A DNA stretch of 36,779 nt. It comes from an uncultured virus (IMG/VR IMGVR_UViG_3300037010_004438) (lineage: Duplodnaviria > Heunggongvirae > Uroviricota > Caudoviricetes). The notes under the pieces were generated by a model. That model worked only from the letters and a program-made list of their open reading frames with translations, had not been told where the DNA came from and did not search any database. The translations under genes and the position numbers were made by a program. The DNA lies in the IMG/VR virus record IMGVR_UViG_3300037010_004438; one strand, written 5' to 3'. Shown piece after piece: positions 8,108-16,432 of this stretch; within the stretch, counting starts at the first letter, position 1, and every line of letters begins with the position of its first letter.

Positions 8108-9202
8108 ATGGCCATGACCGGCTCGCAGTTCCTCAAACAGATCAAAGACGTCCGCAACCCGGTCCTCTCGCAGCTCGCGCTCAAGCAGATGCTTGACGGG
8201 AACATGCCGGATTTCAACAGCGGCACGCGCATGATCGACTGCACGACAGAGGCGGTCATCGACGGACTGCACTACGTCTGCACCTACCGCGTCAAACCGC
8301 AGTACCTCTCGATCGGCGTCGACGACGACTTCATCCAGTGGCCGCTCACGTTCATCGATCTGCAGGCCTTCTGCGACGCGCACATCCTCACCTCCGAATC
8401 CGACGGGTCGAAGGTCCAGCAGTGGTTCATCCCCAGCAAGAAGATCGTCAAGAACACCTGGCTCTGGACGACGCGTAAGGGGTGCGCCATCGAGGCTATC
8501 CCGATGGGGCCCTCGGACGACATGACCTGGCCGGTGAAGATCGACCTGCAGCAGCAAAAGATCAACGCGGCGATGAAGGCGAAGGGATGTCCCATCACCG
8601 CGTTCAGCCGCGCGAAGAAGGCCTACATCACGGCGCCCAACATGGTCGGCACGGGCGGGCCGATGAACAACGGCTATCTGCACTTCACCGGCTGGTACAA
8701 GCTCGACGGCTTCGGCTGGCAGGACCAGGGGTACAAGCCCGTCGACGCGACCGGAGGACACGAAGCCTCCTATGCCGACTACAGTCACGGCTGCGACCTC
8801 GTCTACTACAACTGCGACGTGAACGGGACGCCGTACACCTACGACGAACTGTGCAACCACCCCGTGCTCTGGCCACTCGTGAGCGATCAGGGGCCGTTCA
8901 ATCCGCGTTTTCCGAACACCGGCTCCGGCGCCAAGGAGGTCATGAACAAAACCGACCGAATGCCGCGCGGAGAAGCGCCTCCCGCGTCCTACAAGGGTCC
9001 GACGTTCGCTACGACGGCCGGCGTCGTGAAGATGTCCGCCGGCGCCGATCCGACGACCGAGAAGGTCGTCGACGTCGCCCCCTACGCAGGAGACGTCGCC
9101 GAAGGCGGCTCGTCGAAGCTGCCGCTCATCCTCGGCGGGGCGGGTCTCGCCGCCCTCGGCTACTTCCTTTGGAAGAACCGCGAGCAGGGGCCGGCGTACT
9201 GA
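8108..9202 (+). CDS. C-anchored protein with YLxIG..DDF / YxDYSHG domain, paralogue 1 (364 aa)
   Basis: RBS GGAG, MAMTGSQFLKQ; motifs QYLSIGVDDDF, PSKKIV, HEASYADYSHG; C-terminal TM LILGGAGLAALGYFLWKNR. Confidence 0.9.
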   Translation: MAMTGSQFLKQIKDVRNPVLSQLALKQMLDGNMPDFNSGTRMIDCTTEAVIDGLHYVCTYRVKPQYLSIGVDDDFIQWPLTFIDLQAFCDAHILTSESDGSKVQQWFIPSKKIVKNTWLWTTRKGCAIEAIPMGPSDDMTWPVKIDLQQQKINAAMKAKGCPITAFSRAKKAYITAPNMVGTGGPMNNGYLHFTGWYKLDGFGWQDQGYKPVDATGGHEASYADYSHGCDLVYYNCDVNGTPYTYDELCNHPVLWPLVSDQGPFNPRFPNTGSGAKEVMNKTDRMPRGEAPPASYKGPTFATTAGVVKMSAGADPTTEKVVDVAPYAGDVAEGGSSKLPLILGGAGLAALGYFLWKNREQGPAY

Positions 9203-9302
9203 TCGGCAACTCGAAAGCGAACGCGTGCCTGGCTCGCCGTCCTTCGGCCGTCTCGCACGCGGACGCGGGACGGGCCTTCCGATACCGGCAGGAGACGTTT
9301 TC

Positions 9303-10469
9303 ATGGCCATGACTGGCTCCGAATTTCTCAAGCAGATGTGGGACGTCGTCGACCCGCATCGCGACGCGCTGGCGCTCAAGCAGATGCTCGACGGCAACAC
9401 GCCGAACTTCCTCAACAACATGAGGGCGTGCACGACCGAAGCGATCATCGACGGGAAATACTACCGCTGCACCTACCAGGTGATGCCGCAGTACCTCGCC
9501 ATCGGTTCTGACGCAGACTTCGTCCTCTGGCCGCTGACGCAGCCGTCGCTGCAAGCCTTCTGCAACGCGAAGATGCTCACCTTCAGCGACGGCTCCTCGG
9601 CGCAGCGCTTCTACATCCCGACGAGGAAGATCGTCAAGAACACCTGGAAGCAGAGCGACTGCAAGATCATTCCGCAGCCGATCTCCCGCGTCTCTTCGTC
9701 GAACCCGACGGGCCATCCCGGGACGAAGACGGAGACCATTGCGACCGAGCAAAAGATGATCAACGCGGCAATGATGGCCGCGGGCTGCAACCTCCGGGCG
9801 TTCAGTCGTCCGAAGAAGGCGTACATCGTCCGCCCGAACCTCGACGGGCGGCACATGGCTTTCGGCGGATGGTTTTATCCGGGCGGCAACGCGACCGCGT
9901 CCGGCAAGCCCTTCCTCCTCTCAGGCGACCCTCCCTACCGCACCGACGTGAACCTTGGCGGAGGGAGCTACGGGAGCCAGATCCAGCCATGGGACTCGGA
10001 CTTCCACGAGGACACTTACGAGGACTACAGTCACGGCTGCGACCTCGTCTACTACCAGTGCGACGTGAACGGGATGTCCTTCACGTTCGACGAGCTGTGC
10101 AACCACCCGAAGCTGCACGTCCTCGTGAGCGACGAAGGGGCCTTCAACCCTCGCTTCCCGAACGCCGGGCCGAACGCTCTCCCCGCCTTGAACAAGACCG
10201 GCCGGATGCCTCCGGCAGAGACGGTCGCGGAAGCGAAAACCAACGTCGCATCCTACGCGGCCAATGCAGCGAGCGGCGCGGTCGAGGCCCTGAACCAGGT
10301 CGAACAGGACAGCTACCCGACCGCCGAGGCCCCGCTCGGCATCGACGGCACCGCCCGCGCTGGCGCGGAGCCGAACGAAGGCGTCTTCAAGATGTTCCTC
10401 TTTGGTCTCGGCGCGAGCGCTGTCGGGGCATACCTCATTCATCGAGCGAAGAAGGAAGACGTGCGCTGA
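9303..10469 (+). CDS. C-anchored protein with YxDYSHG domain, paralogue 2 (388 aa)
   Basis: RBS AGGAG, MAMTGSEFLKQ; same motifs as 8108; C-terminal TM MFLFGLGASAVGAYLIHR. Confidence 0.9.
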   Translation: MAMTGSEFLKQMWDVVDPHRDALALKQMLDGNTPNFLNNMRACTTEAIIDGKYYRCTYQVMPQYLAIGSDADFVLWPLTQPSLQAFCNAKMLTFSDGSSAQRFYIPTRKIVKNTWKQSDCKIIPQPISRVSSSNPTGHPGTKTETIATEQKMINAAMMAAGCNLRAFSRPKKAYIVRPNLDGRHMAFGGWFYPGGNATASGKPFLLSGDPPYRTDVNLGGGSYGSQIQPWDSDFHEDTYEDYSHGCDLVYYQCDVNGMSFTFDELCNHPKLHVLVSDEGAFNPRFPNAGPNALPALNKTGRMPPAETVAEAKTNVASYAANAASGAVEALNQVEQDSYPTAEAPLGIDGTARAGAEPNEGVFKMFLFGLGASAVGAYLIHRAKKEDVR

Positions 10470-10887
10470 GGGGAAACGGCAAGACTTCCCGCCTACGTCC
10501 ACGCGCGCCGCCGAAAGCGGCACGAGAGCGAGACAGGAGGGGAGAGGGTCCGCCTTCGGCGGGCAGGGGAGGGAACGGGAGCGGGGTCGGGAAAGGGAAA
10601 GATCGCTCGCCCGCTCTGCGGGCTCACGGGCGAACGCGGACGGAGCGTGAAGACCTCGAAGAGCGCGAATCTTGTCAGACTAATTTTGGGGCAAAACATC
10701 GGGCAGCGCCAAATAAACCGCGATCTCGCGCAAAGAGACCCGCGAAGAACGAGAGAGGGCCTCGACTTCCAGGAAGCCGGGGCTTTACTCTTCTCGCTTG
10801 ACAGCCCTTCGTGCTGTAGACTCCCTCCATCCACAGGACGAAGCGGCCGTCACGGGCCCCGTCCGCCGAAGACGAAAGAGGACCTCC

Positions 10888-11250
10888 ATGGCCGCCAAGA
10901 AGCACCACGCCAAGAAACACCCCGCGAAGTCGGGCTCGAAGAGGACGGCAAAGAAGCACCGCAAGCCGAGCGCCTACAACGTCGCGATGGGCAAGCTGCG
11001 CCGTCAGCACCCGGGATGGACGATGAAGCAGTGCCACGCGTACCTCAAGGCGCACGGCTACGGCAAGAAGACCGCGAAGAAGCGCGCGGCGAAGAAGGGC
11101 GCGAAGAGCGCGAAGCACGCGCCGAAGAAGCACGCGAAGCGCGGGACGAAGAAGACGGCGAAGCACGGGACGAAGAAGACGGCGAAGCGCGGCGTGAAGA
11201 AGACCGCCTCGCACGCGAAGAAGCTCGTGCGCAAGTTCAAGAAGCACTGA
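10888..11250 (+). CDS. Lys/His-rich basic DNA-binding protein with HMG/YABBY-like core (120 aa)
   Basis: RBS GAGGA; AKK/TKKTAK repeats flank RKPSAYNVAMGKLRRQHPGWTMKQ. Confidence 0.85.
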   Translation: MAAKKHHAKKHPAKSGSKRTAKKHRKPSAYNVAMGKLRRQHPGWTMKQCHAYLKAHGYGKKTAKKRAAKKGAKSAKHAPKKHAKRGTKKTAKHGTKKTAKRGVKKTASHAKKLVRKFKKH

Positions 11251-11384
11251 CGTTCGCGCGCCGACTCGAAGGCTGCTCAGCCTCCTCGGCGCCCTGACCG
11301 ACCCCGCGGCGGAAAGTTCCGCGTCGCGGCAAGACCTCAAGGCGCCGAGCTTCGGCGCGAAGAAAACGACAAGGAGAAGCCTCC

Positions 11385-11996
11385 ATGGCACGTAGGACGA
11401 AGAAGTCGGCCAAGAAGCACAGCCGCAAGCTGTCGACCTGGCAGAAGTTCCAGAAGGCCCACGCGGGCAAGGGCATGAGCGTGAAGGAGATGTCGCGTCT
11501 CTTCCACTCGAAGGGCCTCGGCAAGAAGAAGGCCCCGAAGAAGGGCAAGAAGAAGGCGAAGCGCGCCCGCTCGGTCAACACGTCGAGCAAGCGCTACCGC
11601 GACTACGCGCGCAAGTTCCGCGAGAACGTCATCAACGAGCTGGTCGCCGAGGGCCTCTCGCTCGCGACGGCGAGGAAGCAGGCCTCCGAGATGCTCAAGG
11701 ACGCGGTCGGCGAGGACGCCGTGATCCAGGGCTACAAGGCGGAGTACCAGACCGAGCGGTCGAAGGACGCCGAGAAGCGCGCCGCCGAGCGCCAGAAGCA
11801 GCGCGACGCCGAGGACGCCAAGCGCGACGCCGCCGCCGCCAAGCGCGCTGCCGACCGCGCCAAGGCCGCAAAGAAGAAGGCCGAGGAGGACGCCGAGGAC
11901 GCGAAGAGGCGCGCCGAGGAGAACGAGGCCTTCCGCCGCGACATCCAGCGCAAGATGAAGGACCTTCAGGAAGCCGATTTGTCGTTCTCGCCCTGA
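11385..11996 (+). CDS. Basic DNA-binding protein with charged coiled-coil tail
   Basis: RBS AAGGAG; Lys-rich N-terminus, RKLSTWQKFQKAHAGKGMSVKEMSRLF, E/K/R/A-rich helix. Confidence 0.85.
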   Translation: MARRTKKSAKKHSRKLSTWQKFQKAHAGKGMSVKEMSRLFHSKGLGKKKAPKKGKKKAKRARSVNTSSKRYRDYARKFRENVINELVAEGLSLATARKQASEMLKDAVGEDAVIQGYKAEYQTERSKDAEKRAAERQKQRDAEDAKRDAAAAKRAADRAKAAKKKAEEDAEDAKRRAEENEAFRRDIQRKMKDLQEADLSFSP

Positions 11997-12037
11997 CGAA
12001 AGCGTACAGGCTCCGCTCTAACGTGTAGGAGGGGCGC

Positions 12038-12220
12038 ATGGAAGGACCCGACCACCGTTCGCTCATCGCAGCGTCTGAAGTCGGGCTCTCCATGCCGAAG
12101 CCGCTCGGCGTCTTCTTCGCCATGTCTTCGACGCTGATTACGGTTGGCGCCTTCTTCTACAAACGGCAAGCTCAGAAAGAGGAAGAGAAAAAAGCTTATT
12201 CGAGCAAACAGTCTCGATAG
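12038..12220 (+). CDS. Small membrane protein
   Basis: RBS AGGAGG; hydrophobic segment ending GAFFYKR. Confidence 0.6.
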   Translation: MEGPDHRSLIAASEVGLSMPKPLGVFFAMSSTLITVGAFFYKRQAQKEEEKKAYSSKQSR

Positions 12221-12238
12221 GCCATTATCTTCCGCGAG

Positions 12239-12276
12239 ACGCCTTCCGACGCCAGTCGGGAGGCGTTATCGTTTTT
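12239..12276 (+). terminator. Hairpin with T-rich tail immediately before radA-like gene
   Basis: ACGCCTTCCGAC-GCCA-GTCGGGAGGCGT then TATCGTTTTT. Confidence 0.5.
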
Positions 12277-13420
12277 GAACATGCCGATTGCCGACACGAA
12301 AAGCGCCGTCCGAGCGCTCATCGAAAAGGTCAAAGCTCCTCTTCTCGAAAAGAAGGCGAAGACGTCTCTTCTCGAAACGGAGACTGCGAGGAACGCCCCT
12401 CCGAAGGAGCGCAAGGCGGGCATCGTCTACCAGTGCAAAGCCTGCGAGGAATTCACCAAGGTCCTCTCCCCTTCGTGCCGCTGCTGCCAGACGCCGAACG
12501 GCTACCAGCCAACCCCTCCAGGCACGCGAATGCCGAAGAAGAAACACGGCTACGTGAAGCAGGCGGGAGGGTTCGGATCGGCCTTCGGCGGCGACGACTT
12601 CGGCGGCGGAGGCGGCAAGAAGGGCGATGGGGACGAAGAGGATTTCGATCCTGACGACGCGCCCGAGGTCCTGACCATCGACGACGTCGAATCCGAGGAC
12701 CGCTATCGCATCTCGACCGGCATCGTCTCGCTCGATCGCGTGCTCGGCGGCAACGAGAAGGAAGGATACGGCATCGTCGCCGGCTCCTCGGTCCTCATCG
12801 ACGGAACGCCCGGCATCGGCAAATCGACGCTCCTCATCCAAGCGCTCGCGAAACTCGCCGAGGAGGGGACCGTCCTCTACGTCACGGGCGAAGAGTCCGC
12901 TTCTGACATCAAGGCGCGCGCCGAGCGCCTGAAGATCCTCAACCGCAAGAACAAGAAGCGCATCCTCGTCGTCGAGACGACCGACACCGACCACGTCATC
13001 AACATCATCGAGGAAGAGGAGCCGATCGCGGTCATCCTCGACTCGGTGCAGATGTTCGCCTCGGAGGAGGTTCCGGGTCAGGCCGGGAGCGAACCGCAGT
13101 GCAAGTACATCCTCGAAGAGATGATTCGAGGGACGTGTAAGCCGATGGGGATCGCGCTCTTCGTCGTCTCACAGGTCACCAAAGACGGAGACGCGCGAGG
13201 ACCGATGACCATCGCGCACATGGTCGACGCGCACCTCAAGTTCGAGAGCGCCGACCCGAAGAACCGCGGAGAGACCAAGCGCGTCCTGCACGCGAAAAAG
13301 AACCGCAACGGCGACATCGCCATCTTCCGCTACTTCCGCATGTCTTCGGAGGGGCTCAAGGGTCTCAAGCCGACGAGGGACATGGTCGCTCCGGGAGAGG
13401 CCGAAGACTCATTCTTCTGA
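12275..13420 (+). CDS. radA: RadA/Sms-like recombination ATPase lacking the C-terminal Lon-like domain
   Basis: Zn finger YQCKAC..CRCC, STGIVSLDRVLGG, Walker A GTPGIGKST, YVTGEES, DSVQ, HMVD, KNRNG (KNRFG-like). Start is TTG 12275 or ATG 12281. Confidence 0.85.
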   Translation: MNMPIADTKSAVRALIEKVKAPLLEKKAKTSLLETETARNAPPKERKAGIVYQCKACEEFTKVLSPSCRCCQTPNGYQPTPPGTRMPKKKHGYVKQAGGFGSAFGGDDFGGGGGKKGDGDEEDFDPDDAPEVLTIDDVESEDRYRISTGIVSLDRVLGGNEKEGYGIVAGSSVLIDGTPGIGKSTLLIQALAKLAEEGTVLYVTGEESASDIKARAERLKILNRKNKKRILVVETTDTDHVINIIEEEEPIAVILDSVQMFASEEVPGQAGSEPQCKYILEEMIRGTCKPMGIALFVVSQVTKDGDARGPMTIAHMVDAHLKFESADPKNRGETKRVLHAKKNRNGDIAIFRYFRMSSEGLKGLKPTRDMVAPGEAEDSFF

Positions 13421-13603
13421 TTCTTCTCCCCACAGACTCTCGAAAACACCTCTCGCGTGTTCGGTTGGCAATGTGCCAAGCCCCTCGCTGATTGCAAGAA
13501 AGGGGCGCGCGCGCGATACTTCGAGCCGAAGGCGGCAAAGGGCGCGCATCCGTCCCGCGAAGAGGCGAGCGCCCGCTCCCGACGAAAGGGTCGCTGAAGC
13601 GTC

Positions 13604-14344
13604 ATGCCCATCATCTCCATCATCAAGCCTGACGTCGTCGACGACCCGAACCCGAACGTGGTCGCGCCCGATCCGTCGCGCGTCTTTCCCATCTCGTTCT
13701 TCATGTTGAACGGCGACATTGCCGATCGGCAGCTCTTCAAGTCGCGCGCGCTCGCCGTCTCTCCCACCAAGGACTCGCCGAGCGCTGTCGGCATCACGAC
13801 GTTCGACGTGCAGCTCTTCACAAACCTGACCGGAACGTGGGAAGGCGTGGGACCGACGCTGCGCAACGTCGCGAGCAACCGACTCGCCTCCGTCCTCCTG
13901 CCCACCGTCGACACCATGAACGCTGCGGGCTTTCTGCAGCTGACGAACATCACCGCCGCGGCCGATGCGATCGGGTTCGAGCAGGTCATCTACGACGCCG
14001 ACCAAGTCGAGTTCGCGCCCAGAAGCTCGCGCGGCTTTCCGGAAGTCGGCCTTCCGCCGTTGGAGTCCTGGGGCACCGTCGGCAACAAGACCGCGCCCGA
14101 CGGAGCGAACCCTCCCGAGCGCATCGTCAACGACGCCGTCTTCTGCGAACGGTTCTTCCTCCTCCAGGCGGACGTTGGCAACCCTCCCGGCTCCTTCATC
14201 GAGATCCTCGGTCCGACCGGCTTGGCCGGCACAGGCATCCAGCTCGAGCCGGGCGACTCGATGGAGGTCCCCGTCTACGACATCCGCCGCATCTACTGCC
14301 ACGGGAACGCCGCCGGCCTCATCCTCCACATCGCGAAGTTCTGA
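13604..14344 (+). CDS. Beta-rich putative virion structural protein
   Basis: First gene of the structural run; C-terminal LQADxxN...GIQLEPGDS...IY pattern typical of small viral beta-sandwich domains. Confidence 0.7.
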   Translation: MPIISIIKPDVVDDPNPNVVAPDPSRVFPISFFMLNGDIADRQLFKSRALAVSPTKDSPSAVGITTFDVQLFTNLTGTWEGVGPTLRNVASNRLASVLLPTVDTMNAAGFLQLTNITAAADAIGFEQVIYDADQVEFAPRSSRGFPEVGLPPLESWGTVGNKTAPDGANPPERIVNDAVFCERFFLLQADVGNPPGSFIEILGPTGLAGTGIQLEPGDSMEVPVYDIRRIYCHGNAAGLILHIAKF

Positions 14345-14353
14345 GAGAGCACC

Positions 14354-15427
14354 ATGCCGACCGTTCGACGCAGCCCGCGAAACAGGACCGATGTCGATGC
14401 AGCCCATGTCGGAAAGCAGGGGCGTCCCGGCATCGAAGGGCCTCCCGGGAAAGAAGGGAAGAAGGGGGGTCCAGGCGACAAAGGGCCGCTCGGCGACAAG
14501 GGGCCTCCCGGAGAAAGGGGACCTGCAGGGCTGAGGGGTCCCGCTGGCGACAAGGGCGAGCGCGGCGACAAGGGGCCCCCGGGCGACAAAGGCTTGCCCG
14601 GCGACAAGGGGCCTTGCGGCGACAAGGGGCCGCCTGGCGATGGTGCGGAGGGAAAGCAAGGGCCTCCGGGACAGCGCGGCGAACCGGGACCGCGCGGCGA
14701 GCCTGGACCGTGCGGAGAGGTCATCGTCGTCGCGGCTCCTCGCCGCCCGCCCGCTGGCGCGACCCACGTCTACTACCTCGGGGAGGTCGAAGGACCTTTC
14801 AAGAGCGCCGTCGAAGGCGCACCGGACCTCCTTCTGACCGAGCCCAGCGAACCCGTCGTCCGAGGGTCGACCGGCCTCTTCTTCCGCGGCACTCCCGCGC
14901 TCCGCCTTCGCGGTCACTCGCCGCTCTCCGGCGCCGTCGCCACGAACGCTGGCGCAGACGGGTCGAAAGGCGCGACGCTCGAAGTCTCCTTTCGCGCCGC
15001 CGAAGACGACGCCCGAGGGCGCTACATCATCGAGGTCGCGAGCGCGATGGTCGGAGGCCGAGCTGCGCTCCTGTCCCTCGCGCAGTTCGGCAAATCGATC
15101 CGCGCGCACCTCATCACCGGCGGCGGAGGCAAGCCCTTTGCTTCCTACGCGCTCGACGCCCCGTTCACGCCCTCTCACCGGACGCACGCCGCCGTCACCT
15201 TCAATCCGGCGACGGAGAAGATGCGCCTCATCATCAACGGAATCGAAGAGGCCAACTGCGCCGCGCACGGCGCCTTGCTCCTTCCTCTCGATTTCTTCGC
15301 CGTCGGGCGGAGCGCGTACGGCGCCCATCCTTCCTGGCGAGGACTCCTCGGCGACGCGCGCTTCTCCCCGAAAGAGCAGGGCGCGTCCTACTTCCAGGAA
15401 GCCGACCGAGCCCAGGGGCTCCTCTGA
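14354..15427 (+). CDS. Collagen-like fibre with C-terminal LamG/ConA-like domain
   Basis: About 100 aa of G-X-Y (many GDK/GPP) at ~14411-14719; THAAVTFNPATEKMRLIING is a LamG-type signature. Confidence 0.85.
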   Translation: MPTVRRSPRNRTDVDAAHVGKQGRPGIEGPPGKEGKKGGPGDKGPLGDKGPPGERGPAGLRGPAGDKGERGDKGPPGDKGLPGDKGPCGDKGPPGDGAEGKQGPPGQRGEPGPRGEPGPCGEVIVVAAPRRPPAGATHVYYLGEVEGPFKSAVEGAPDLLLTEPSEPVVRGSTGLFFRGTPALRLRGHSPLSGAVATNAGADGSKGATLEVSFRAAEDDARGRYIIEVASAMVGGRAALLSLAQFGKSIRAHLITGGGGKPFASYALDAPFTPSHRTHAAVTFNPATEKMRLIINGIEEANCAAHGALLLPLDFFAVGRSAYGAHPSWRGLLGDARFSPKEQGASYFQEADRAQGLL

Positions 15428-15485
15428 TTGGCGCCCCGCGGCCCCATGAACCCCTGACCGCCCTCCGCCCGGAAAGAGCGCCTCG

Positions 15486-16070
15486 ATGAGCCACTCCCCC
15501 GTCCTCTACTGCGCGTCTTTCCCGAACGCGGCTCTGCTGGCCGCGTCTCGCGGAAGGTGGAACAGCGGCGACTTCGCCTTCTCGGGGGACACCTTCGGGT
15601 ACTACACGTACTACGAAGTTCCGCCGCCGGTCCCTCCCCCCGGATCCGTGCCGAGCATCGAAGGGGGCGTCTGGGTCCCCTTCTCGTCGAGCGGTCCTCC
15701 CCCTCCCGCCACGACCGCCTACGTCGAAGACCTCTTCAACTGCACTCTCGCAACGAGCGTTCTCGACGTCGTGTTCGTCTCCGCTCCCGGAACCGTCGAT
15801 CGCGCAAGCGCAAGTTCGCTGAACGATGAGGCGGCCATCGGAATCGTGTCCAGCAAACCGACTCCGACGACTGCCTACGTTCGCTACCTCGGGAGGCTGT
15901 CAGGGTTTGCGGGATTGATCCCCGGCAAGACCTACTACGTCGGCAATTCACCAGGTACACTGCTGCTCACGCCGGTCGACGCTCCTGGGTACGTCGTCCA
16001 GAAGGTCGGAGTCGCCGTCGCCTCCGACACGCTCGACGTCAACGTGAGCCCCAACACCACGGTCCTCTGA
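15486..16070 (+). CDS. Putative virion protein with the shared 'QKVG' C-terminal domain
   Basis: AIGIV...GLIPGKTYYV...GYVVQKVG; domain shared with 16433 and 18611. Confidence 0.8.
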   Translation: MSHSPVLYCASFPNAALLAASRGRWNSGDFAFSGDTFGYYTYYEVPPPVPPPGSVPSIEGGVWVPFSSSGPPPPATTAYVEDLFNCTLATSVLDVVFVSAPGTVDRASASSLNDEAAIGIVSSKPTPTTAYVRYLGRLSGFAGLIPGKTYYVGNSPGTLLLTPVDAPGYVVQKVGVAVASDTLDVNVSPNTTVL

Positions 16071-16143
16071 AACAGAGACGACGCTTCGACGCCGTTCCCT
16101 CGACTCGGCCCGCCGGAGGCCCCATCCGGCCAAGGAGACGCTC

Positions 16144-16362
16144 ATGGCGCGATACAAGTACCTCGGCGAGCCGCCTCGACCGGGGCTCACGTACAAGGCG
16201 ATGACCCAGATCCGCGGCATCGGAATGCACGGCTCGGTGGACCTCTTTCCCGTCCCGCCCGCGACCGAGTTCGAGGCCGGCAAGGACATCGGTCACGACA
16301 TCGACGACCCGATCCTCATCCAGGCGTTCGACGCCGATTCGCGCTACCAGCGCATCCCCTGA
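16144..16362 (+). CDS. Small hypothetical protein
   Basis: RBS AAGGAG; typical codon usage. Confidence 0.8.
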   Translation: MARYKYLGEPPRPGLTYKAMTQIRGIGMHGSVDLFPVPPATEFEAGKDIGHDIDDPILIQAFDADSRYQRIP

Positions 16363-16432
16363 CCCTCCCTCCCACATCCCGAGCGCGCGTCGCTCGCGCT
16401 CCTGAACCCTCGACTCCAAAGGAAGCACCACC

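Noticed and set aside
8777..10055. DGR template/variable repeat pair
   Set aside because: The similarity reflects whole-gene paralogy; mismatches are not adenine-specific and no reverse transcriptase is present in the window.
10798..10822. Sigma70 promoter TTGACA...TAGACT
   Set aside because: Spacer is only 13 nt; the -10 alone may function but the pair is non-canonical.
11251..11384. Structured ncRNA between the basic-protein genes
   Set aside because: Only short GC-rich hairpins, as expected by chance; no recognisable RNA family.
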